54,165 nucleotides of DNA from a virus: positions 73,267 through 127,431 of the IMG/VR virus record IMGVR_UViG_3300000101_000006, one strand, 5' to 3'. How positions within the stretch are numbered: the first letter of the stretch is position 1; each line of letters begins with the position of its first letter. A model generated the notes under the pieces. The model worked only from the letters and a program-made list of their open reading frames with translations, ran no database searches and had not been told where the DNA came from. The position numbers and the translations under genes were made by a program. Of this stretch, positions 47,126 through 54,165 are shown piece after piece.

Positions 47126-50100
47126 ATGCCTACCAAGTTTGACTTTGCGTCTCCCGGAATTGAGCTGAGAGAGATCGACCAATCACAAGTAACCCTAGTA
47201 CCTGAAGAAGATGGATTGCTTCTCATCGGTAGATCTAGAAAAGGGCCCTCAATGAAACCTGTCAAGGTTAACAGTTTGGAAAACTTTATCGAAGTTTTTG
47301 GAAGACCAATGGATGGGGTTAAGAGCCAAGATCCATGGCGAGAAGGAAACACTGGTGCTCCTTCGTATGCTGGCTATGCTGCTCAAGCCTATTTGGCTGC
47401 CGGAGTTGGCCCTGTTAAATTCCTTCGCTTAGCTGGAATTAAAGAATCAGGTGCATCTTATGAAGCTGGTTGGAGTGTCCCTCAGAAGGATATCACAAGT
47501 GCAATCGGTACCGTACCCGAAGTTGAATCTGCCGTTGGTATCTTTGTCGCAGAAAACACAAACCCTGCTACTCAAGCTGCTTCTGTGACGATACAAGTCA
47601 GAGATTTGGGTCGCGCGAACCTCACAGTCGGAGACACCATCGACATTCAAAATGCATCAGGCGTCGCCCAGCAATTTACATGGGTCGCTAGTAGTCCCGG
47701 AGTTGACGAATTAGACATAAGCGTAGCTTCTGTAACAAAAGAAGCCGCTGCTGCTCATATTGCCTCAGTAGTCGCTCTTCACGCTGATTTCCAAGCCGTT
47801 CAAGTTGGGTCAACAGACGAACTTACGATAACTCAAGCGGTCTCCGGCCCTACTGGTAATACTCGAACAATCGCTTATGTAAGTGCATCTGGAGAGAATC
47901 TATTCACAGTTGCCTCTGGAGCCATAACATTTGCAGGCGGTCTTCCAACGACAGCTGCATTGAGCGGAACACTTGCTGCAGTTCTTTACATGAGTGCAAG
48001 TAACATCACATTATCTGGTAACGGACGTTTTGGAACAGCCATCTCCAAAGATGGAGCAACCGCTATTGTTAAAGGAACAAATGGCTGGAATGCTTTTATC
48101 GGCGATGGTACAAATGAAGATGAGTTTACTTTCAACTTCGACTCAGCATCACCAAACTTTATCAGAAATGTTTTTAACACAGATGCTACAGAATTCGCAG
48201 ATGGAACAGGTGCTAATACTTTGAACTACTTCTTAGGCGAGACCTTTGAACATGCAGTTAATAGACTAGATGCTAGCAATGACCTCATTGCTTTCACAGC
48301 AGCGATTCGTTCTGGATCAAATGGTGAATTCACTGATTGGCAATCCGAAGCCACAGCAGCAAAGTCTGGTTGGTTTATCGGTGCGAAGCCTGCTCAAAAG
48401 AAATTGTTTAGATTGGTAGCTTTAGAAGAAGGCTCAGACTTTCACAAGAATCACGTCGTGAGAATCAAAGATATTCGTCGCGGTACTGCTCTTAGTCCAA
48501 ATGCTACATTCTCTTTGGAGATCGCTGGTGTTGGAATGAAAGCTTCTCAATACATTGAAAAGTTTGTAAACTTAACTTTAAATCCTGCTGATGCGAATTA
48601 TATCGAAAAGAAAATTGGAAACATCAATCAAGAATGGAATGGCAAAAAAGTTATTACCACTGGTACATACACTAACAATTCTAACTTAGTCAGAGTTGAA
48701 ATGCCTACAGCTACAGCCACAATCGGAGCTGACTTTCCAGTTGGATTCGTTGGACCAAGAACTTATGTTGGGGATGCTGAAATCCCAGAAGGCAGTAGTC
48801 TTGCATCTAAAGATTGGATCTTCGGTAAGGATACTTTACCAAACGGTGCAACTAATCTAATTGACGAACTCAAAGTTGGCGATACAGTAACTGTTTCTTA
48901 TCCGAAATACGGACTTTCAGAGCAAAACACTAACGTTAGAAATGGAAACTATGGATCCACTGCACTACTTGGACTCTCTTACGATGCTCAAAAAGGCGAT
49001 GAGAACTTCGGAGACTTAGGTCAATTAAGAGCAGACTCCCTCTTTCAACCACATTTAGCAGAAGGTGATGCACTGACTGAAGCATCGTACACGTTCACTT
49101 TGGACGAAATCGAGACAACAGGTGGTAAATACTACTTTAAGGCAGCAGCCTCAAGTCCCGTAGCGCTTGCTACTCTTATCGACACTGATGGTGTTAAGCA
49201 ATTTGTCGCACCATTCTTCGGTGGATTTGACGGACTTAACATTAAATTGCAAAACCCATTCAACAAAGTTGAGTTGGATGCAAGCGGATACGCTCAATAC
49301 TCAATGGAATCTGCACTTAACATGGTAGCCGATAGAGACGTTATTCGTTATGACTTGATCTCTATACCGGGCGTTACAAACCGTTCAGTAAATCAAGACT
49401 TGATTTCACAAACTGAGGCTCGTGGGGATGCATTAGCAATTATCGATGTTGAAGGTATTTATTCACCAGCAGTTGATAATGGTACCGCAAACGATACTCC
49501 TCAAACCATCTCTGGTGTTGTTGCTGAAATAAATGCTGCCGGATTGGACAGCTCTTACGCTGCGACTTACTATCCAAATGTCCGATTGGCTGATACTTTA
49601 AATGGAAACGGAACTGTTATTGTAACTCCTCCATCAGTAGCGGCCCTTGGAGCAATCGCAAAATCAGAAGCTGACTCTCAGCCATGGTTCGCACCTGCTG
49701 GGTTCCAAAGAGGTGGATTAAACCCTCTTGGTGGATCTGGAGGTCCTGCGATACTAGGAACAATCGAACACTTAACTAAAGCTGATCGTGATAGCTTATA
49801 TGAAGTAAACATCAATCCAATCGCACGATTCCCTGCAACAGGTGACACCGTGATTTTTGGACAGAAAACTCTTCAACAATCAGCTTCTGCTCTTGACCGA
49901 ATCAATGTTCGTCGCTTGATGAACTATCTCAAGAAAGAAATTGGAGATATCGCTGATACTATCTTGTTTGACCAAAACGTTCAAGCAACTTGGAATCGCT
50001 TTAAGGCACAAGCTGACGTTGTATTATCAGGAGTAAAAGCTGAGTTTGGTGTTACCGAATACAAGCTTGTTCTTGATGAAACAACCACTACCCCAGATCT

Positions 50101-50206
50101 TCAAGATCGAAACATTTTGTACGCAAAGGTTTTTGTTAAGCCTGCCCGTGCAATCGAGTTTATCGCTGTTGACTTTGTTATCACTCAAAGTGGCGTAGAA
50201 TTCTAA
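47126..50206 (+). CDS. tail sheath protein (gp18-like)
   Basis: SPGIELREIDQS, PWFAPAG.QRG, INPI, FGQKTLQ..SALDRINVRRL, KPARAIEFI; ACTATTTA at 47085. Confidence 0.96.
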   Translation: MPTKFDFASPGIELREIDQSQVTLVPEEDGLLLIGRSRKGPSMKPVKVNSLENFIEVFGRPMDGVKSQDPWREGNTGAPSYAGYAAQAYLAAGVGPVKFLRLAGIKESGASYEAGWSVPQKDITSAIGTVPEVESAVGIFVAENTNPATQAASVTIQVRDLGRANLTVGDTIDIQNASGVAQQFTWVASSPGVDELDISVASVTKEAAAAHIASVVALHADFQAVQVGSTDELTITQAVSGPTGNTRTIAYVSASGENLFTVASGAITFAGGLPTTAALSGTLAAVLYMSASNITLSGNGRFGTAISKDGATAIVKGTNGWNAFIGDGTNEDEFTFNFDSASPNFIRNVFNTDATEFADGTGANTLNYFLGETFEHAVNRLDASNDLIAFTAAIRSGSNGEFTDWQSEATAAKSGWFIGAKPAQKKLFRLVALEEGSDFHKNHVVRIKDIRRGTALSPNATFSLEIAGVGMKASQYIEKFVNLTLNPADANYIEKKIGNINQEWNGKKVITTGTYTNNSNLVRVEMPTATATIGADFPVGFVGPRTYVGDAEIPEGSSLASKDWIFGKDTLPNGATNLIDELKVGDTVTVSYPKYGLSEQNTNVRNGNYGSTALLGLSYDAQKGDENFGDLGQLRADSLFQPHLAEGDALTEASYTFTLDEIETTGGKYYFKAAASSPVALATLIDTDGVKQFVAPFFGGFDGLNIKLQNPFNKVELDASGYAQYSMESALNMVADRDVIRYDLISIPGVTNRSVNQDLISQTEARGDALAIIDVEGIYSPAVDNGTANDTPQTISGVVAEINAAGLDSSYAATYYPNVRLADTLNGNGTVIVTPPSVAALGAIAKSEADSQPWFAPAGFQRGGLNPLGGSGGPAILGTIEHLTKADRDSLYEVNINPIARFPATGDTVIFGQKTLQQSASALDRINVRRLMNYLKKEIGDIADTILFDQNVQATWNRFKAQADVVLSGVKAEFGVTEYKLVLDETTTTPDLQDRNILYAKVFVKPARAIEFIAVDFVITQSGVEF

Positions 50207-50242
50207 TCAACACTAATTATTAATAAATAGGAGAATTACATT

Positions 50243-50797
50243 ATGTCATTTTGGACAGAAGCATCGATAGAGCCTAAAAGAAATTTTAGATTTAAAGTAG
50301 AAATTGTTGGATTTGGGGACAACTCTGTTATCTGGTGGGCGAAGAATTTCAAGACCCCATCATATGATATCGCAGAGGCGACTCACGACTTCATGGATAA
50401 CAAGTATTACTTCCCTGGTCGTTTGACTTGGACTGACTGTAGCATGTCTCTTGTGGACCCAGTCTCTCCAAATGCGACTCAACTAACTAACAACATTATA
50501 TTAAATGCTGGTTTTAAAGTAAAGACTGCGACTGATGTTTCCAGCGACTCTTTGACTACAATGTCAAAAAACAATTCCGTTGATGGAACAAAATCGATAA
50601 TCGTTACAATTTTAAATTCAGACGGGAAAATGATTGAAGAATGGACTCTTCGCAATGCTTGGTTGAAAGGGGCTTCGTTTTCTGACTTATCTTATGATAA
50701 TGACGACTTGAGAACAATCGACTTGACTTGGCGATATGACTGGGCTGAATGTGCTCACGGCGACGGAAACGCATCACAATTTACGACTAACAACTAA
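50243..50797 (+). CDS. tail tube protein (gp19-like)
   Basis: EPKRNFRF, PGRLTW, EEWTLRNAW..F.DLSY..LTWRYDWA; ACTAATTA at 50212. Confidence 0.88.
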   Translation: MSFWTEASIEPKRNFRFKVEIVGFGDNSVIWWAKNFKTPSYDIAEATHDFMDNKYYFPGRLTWTDCSMSLVDPVSPNATQLTNNIILNAGFKVKTATDVSSDSLTTMSKNNSVDGTKSIIVTILNSDGKMIEEWTLRNAWLKGASFSDLSYDNDDLRTIDLTWRYDWAECAHGDGNASQFTTNN

Positions 50798-50809
50798 TAG
50801 AGGCTATAC

Positions 50810-51301
50810 ATGACCTTTTGGACGGAAGCAAGTCTTGAACCTAAAAGAAACTTTAGATTTAAATTGTTAGATGGCGATCAGGCAACTTGGTGGTGGGCTA
50901 AGTCGGTTGATAAGCCATCTTTCGACATTTCTAACAACGAATATCAACTTATTAATCACAAATTCAAGTATCCCGGTATTGCTACATGGAAGCCAATCTC
51001 ACTAATCGTAGCAGATGTTGGAGATGTTATCAACCTACTAATGGACGAGCTGGGAGAACTAGGATATATAGACCCCAATAGTAAAGTACCCATGGAAGGT
51101 TTGGCAAAAGATAACAAGGGATTCATTGAAGGGCTTTCGATTCAACAATTGAATGCTGATGGTCAGCCGCTTGAGACTTGGACAGTCAAAGGAGCCTTCA
51201 TGACTTCGCTAGCCTTCTCTAGACTTGATTATGGAAGTGACGACATAACAGAAATAACAATCGAAGTGGCCTATGACTATGCTACTTTTGACTTAAATTA
51301 A
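50810..51301 (+). CDS. second tail tube-like protein
   Basis: Paralog: MTFWTEASLEPKRNFRF..ETWTVKGAF..LDY..YDYA. Confidence 0.8.
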   Translation: MTFWTEASLEPKRNFRFKLLDGDQATWWWAKSVDKPSFDISNNEYQLINHKFKYPGIATWKPISLIVADVGDVINLLMDELGELGYIDPNSKVPMEGLAKDNKGFIEGLSIQQLNADGQPLETWTVKGAFMTSLAFSRLDYGSDDITEITIEVAYDYATFDLN

Positions 51302-51312
51302 TTGGAGATATA

Positions 51313-52146
51313 ATGGGAAGAAATTCCAATCGTCTGGGAACAGACAGTAAACCAGAGCATTCAGATGCTCCACCAATGAGTCCACTAAATTTTGTGGCTC
51401 CGACGGAGGTCGTTGATCTCCCATCAAAAGGTCAGGGATATCCAGAAGACCATCCTCTAAACGGGATTGACTTTGTTGAGATTAAATTCATGACCGCAAA
51501 AGATGAAGACACACTTTCAAACCAATCTCTTATAAGAAAAGGGATCGCACTAGAGAGAGTGCTTCAAAACATCATTGTAGACGCCGAAATTGACCCTCTA
51601 AGCCTTCTTGTGTGTGACCGCAACGCAATACTCATCAAAGCTCGTGCGACGGCTTACGGGGCGAATTACGACGCCATAGTTAACTGCCCTAAGTGTGGGA
51701 CCAAGAACATGATGACGTTTGATTTGATGTCACCAAAGATCGAAGGTGGTCTTGACGAAGAAGGAATGAACATTGTTCAATATGCTGGTGATGGTTTATA
51801 TCAAACAACAATGCCCGGCACAAAGTTCACGGTTAAGTTTAGACTCGCAAATGGTGAAGACGAAAATAGAATCATGGAAATGGCCATTCAAGGCAAAACA
51901 GTTGAATATGGCGCAGTGGAGCAATACAAGAAGATGATCAAGTCAGTTGAGAATTTCACAGAAGAAGAAGTGATCCACTCTTACGTTGACAACATGATCG
52001 TATCAGATGCTTCACACTTTAAGAAATGTTTGAGAAGTTGTACTACAAGCGTCAGAATCGCACAGACTCTTACTTGCAAGAGTTGCTCTAACGAGCAGGA
52101 GGTCGACGTTCCATTTGGAACGGACTTTTTTTGGCCTAACATCTAA
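51313..52146 (+). CDS. baseplate hub assembly / tail chaperone (gp26-like)
   Basis: LPSKG..Y, MTAKDED.L, DRNAILI.AR..AYG..Y..CPKC, C..C, FFWP. Confidence 0.75.
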   Translation: MGRNSNRLGTDSKPEHSDAPPMSPLNFVAPTEVVDLPSKGQGYPEDHPLNGIDFVEIKFMTAKDEDTLSNQSLIRKGIALERVLQNIIVDAEIDPLSLLVCDRNAILIKARATAYGANYDAIVNCPKCGTKNMMTFDLMSPKIEGGLDEEGMNIVQYAGDGLYQTTMPGTKFTVKFRLANGEDENRIMEMAIQGKTVEYGAVEQYKKMIKSVENFTEEEVIHSYVDNMIVSDASHFKKCLRSCTTSVRIAQTLTCKSCSNEQEVDVPFGTDFFWPNI

Positions 52147-52150
52147 GTTC

Positions 52151-52318
52151 ATGGAAGGAGTCTATGAACAGTTCTTCATTTTAAAACATTTTGGAGGCTG
52201 GTCATTGACTGAAGCTTATAACCTTCCAATCGGTTTGAGGAGTTGGTTTGTTGAAAGAATGAAAAAACAGTTCGAAGAAGAAGCCAAGGAAATAAAGAAA
52301 GCCCAAAAGAGACGGTAA
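52151..52318 (+). CDS. small tail-assembly protein (gp51-like or frameshift extension)
   Basis: YEQFFILKHFGGWSLTEAYNLPIGLRSWFVERM; no clear SD. Confidence 0.6.
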   Translation: MEGVYEQFFILKHFGGWSLTEAYNLPIGLRSWFVERMKKQFEEEAKEIKKAQKRR

Positions 52319-52339
52319 CGTCCTTTGGGTTTTTGTTTT
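52300..52339 (+). terminator. intrinsic terminator
   Basis: AGCCCAAA..GACG-GTAA-CGTC..TTTGGGTT followed by a T-rich tract. Confidence 0.6.
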
Positions 52340-52373
52340 CGAAGCTAATTAGGGAATAACGAGGGACAACACA

Positions 52374-54165
52374 ATGGCAGAACCAACAGATCCAACAGCA
52401 CCAACAATGGCGCAGATCCTTGAGGCAATCAAAAATGCCTCAACGGAGAACATCAAAGCGTTCAAAGATGCCCTTGGAGTATCTGAAACAACATCGACTT
52501 CTAGGGATACCTCGGAGTTAGATGCGAAAGCCTTGGATATGCTAGCCAAACGCGCACAACTTACTTCTCAAATTAGCAAGATGAAAGACCTCGAATACAA
52601 AGCTGAGAAAACAAGAGTACTCGAGATTGCGCAATTATTGGAAGAAAATGGAGACATTTTAGAAGCCGATAGACAGGCAGCCGAGGACATGATAGCAGCA
52701 CTAGAGTCTGGTCAGGATTTAGCATCCACGAGGTTCAATGTAGCCGAATTGGACGAAGTACTCGACAAAATAGCTGAAATGAAAGATGTTGAAGAGCTGC
52801 GAAATGCCGCAGTTAAAGAAGGCAGAGATGTGCAAGCAAAGTCTGCTGCTGAAGGTATAGCCGGAATGGTTGGACTTAAGAACTATTCAAACTCAGCGAT
52901 AGGCAAAGTTACTGATCTTTTCGCATCAATGGCGGACGGGTCAGAAGCAGCACAAGGTCAGGCGAGAATCCTAGGCGAGCAGCTTGCAGAAGCTTTTTCT
53001 CCAAAAGCTATTGGATTAGCTGTTTTTAACAAAATCCTCAAAGAATCAATGAAAGTTTTAAACGCATTTGATCAAGGTCTTGCGACATTAGCAGGAAAGA
53101 CGGGTACCGTTGGTAAATTCAATGATGTACTCTATGATACACAAAGAGCAGGAAACCTGCTGGGTGTATCGATGGAAGGTGCAGCCAATGCGATCATTGC
53201 TTTAAATGCTGGAACATCACAATTTGCCAAACTATCAAAGCAGACTCAGACAGACTTAGCAATTTCCACTTCACAAATGGAAAGACTTGGAATAAGCGCC
53301 TCAGATACAGCAGATTTCATGGAGAACGCATTTAAAATAATGGGGATGGGCGCTACCGAAGCAATTGAAGCCCAAACTGACCTCGCAATGGCTGGTGTTC
53401 AACTGGGTATTGGTGCAGATAAGATTGTTAAGGATTTCACTGCAGCATCAAAGACGCTTGCTGTCTATGGAAAGGGATCGATGAAGATATTCAAAAACTT
53501 AGCAGCACAAGCAAAGGCTGCTAATGTCGAGGTTGGAACTTTGCTCGGAATTGTTCAAAAGTTTGACACGTTCTCAGGAGCAGCAGAGGGTGCAGCTCAC
53601 TTCAATGCATTGCTTGGGACCCAATTGTCTACAACTCAAATGCTAATGATGACGGAAGATGAGAGAATGAAAACTCTTGTTCAACAAGTTCAGGCACAAG
53701 GTGTAGCATTTGGAGATATGGACAGGTTCACTCAAAAATCAATTGCTGCCGCTGCCGGTATCACGGATATGAATGAGGCGAATAGAATATTTTCAATGTC
53801 CTTAGCGGATTATGAAGCAAACTCTAAAGAGCTAGCAAACAATGCAGAGGCTCAAAAAAAGTTTGACGATGCAGTTCAAGCTACTGTTCCAACAATGAAA
53901 AAGTTTCAAAACCTCGCAACAGAATTAATTGTTATGGTTCAACCGGCTCTAGAAAAACTTGGAGAGATTGCCGATTATCTAACAGAGGCATTCCAAAGTA
54001 TGAGCAAAGAAACAAAAGAAGCTCTTGGGACCGCAGCATTGGCTATCTCTGGTATCTTGGTGATTGCACCGCTCTTCGCTGTTGGTGGTGGATTTATGGC
54101 TGGTTTAGCAGCTATCGGACCGGCCATCGCAGGCATTGGAGCGGGGATTGCTACAGCAACTGCTG
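52374..54165 (+). CDS. tape measure protein, partial (runs off the window)
   Basis: ATG 52374 after GCTAATTA and GAGGG; long Ala-rich helical ORF (MAEPTDPTAPT...) following tube and chaperone genes. Confidence 0.75.
   Translation, partial: MAEPTDPTAPTMAQILEAIKNASTENIKAFKDALGVSETTSTSRDTSELDAKALDMLAKRAQLTSQISKMKDLEYKAEKTRVLEIAQLLEENGDILEADRQAAEDMIAALESGQDLASTRFNVAELDEVLDKIAEMKDVEELRNAAVKEGRDVQAKSAAEGIAGMVGLKNYSNSAIGKVTDLFASMADGSEAAQGQARILGEQLAEAFSPKAIGLAVFNKILKESMKVLNAFDQGLATLAGKTGTVGKFNDVLYDTQRAGNLLGVSMEGAANAIIALNAGTSQFAKLSKQTQTDLAISTSQMERLGISASDTADFMENAFKIMGMGATEAIEAQTDLAMAGVQLGIGADKIVKDFTAASKTLAVYGKGSMKIFKNLAAQAKAANVEVGTLLGIVQKFDTFSGAAEGAAHFNALLGTQLSTTQMLMMTEDERMKTLVQQVQAQGVAFGDMDRFTQKSIAAAAGITDMNEANRIFSMSLADYEANSKELANNAEAQKKFDDAVQATVPTMKKFQNLATELIVMVQPALEKLGEIADYLTEAFQSMSKETKEALGTAALAISGILVIAPLFAVGGGFMAGLAAIGPAIAGIGAGIATATA

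Noticed and set aside
21956-50206. Introns or inteins in terminase, portal, capsid or sheath
   Set aside because: ORFs are continuous; no intein C/S...HN motifs or LAGLIDADG inserts were noticed

Overview
A 54 kb piece of a large T4-like tailed phage (myovirus) genome, with every credible gene on the + strand. Gene order: putative baseplate/virion proteins (1-9.4 kb); a DNA-metabolism and accessory block (RuvC-like resolvase, HIGH-type and Pol-beta-type nucleotidyltransferases, primase, tRNA-Ala, HNH nuclease, Smr-domain protein, lipoprotein, fused Mre11-Rad50/SbcD-SbcC); a putative lysis/membrane cassette; the head module (large terminase, portal, prohead protease, ribosomal protein bS21 homolog, fibre/LamG proteins, scaffold, major capsid); and the neck/tail module (gp13/14/15-like, sheath, two tube paralogs, hub/chaperone, partial tape measure). 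Two promoter classes are visible: six sigma70-type TTGACA-N17-TAnnnT sites in front of DNA-metabolism genes, and a recurrent (A)CTANTTA motif in front of structural genes, a probable late promoter. The most unusual items are: (i) four otherwise unrelated small proteins sharing the leader MKLTKETLK[R/Q]IIKEE, candidate capsid-targeted cargo, with a recombination scar at the terminase start suggesting cassette-like stacking; (ii) a leader peptide (RRCC) with alternative hairpins and a terminator just before the prohead protease; (iii) a promoter-to-terminator ~65-nt RNA candidate; (iv) several translation-related genes (bS21, tRNA without CCA beside a nucleotidyltransferase, Smr). All calls come from motif reading and synteny; no database searches were run.
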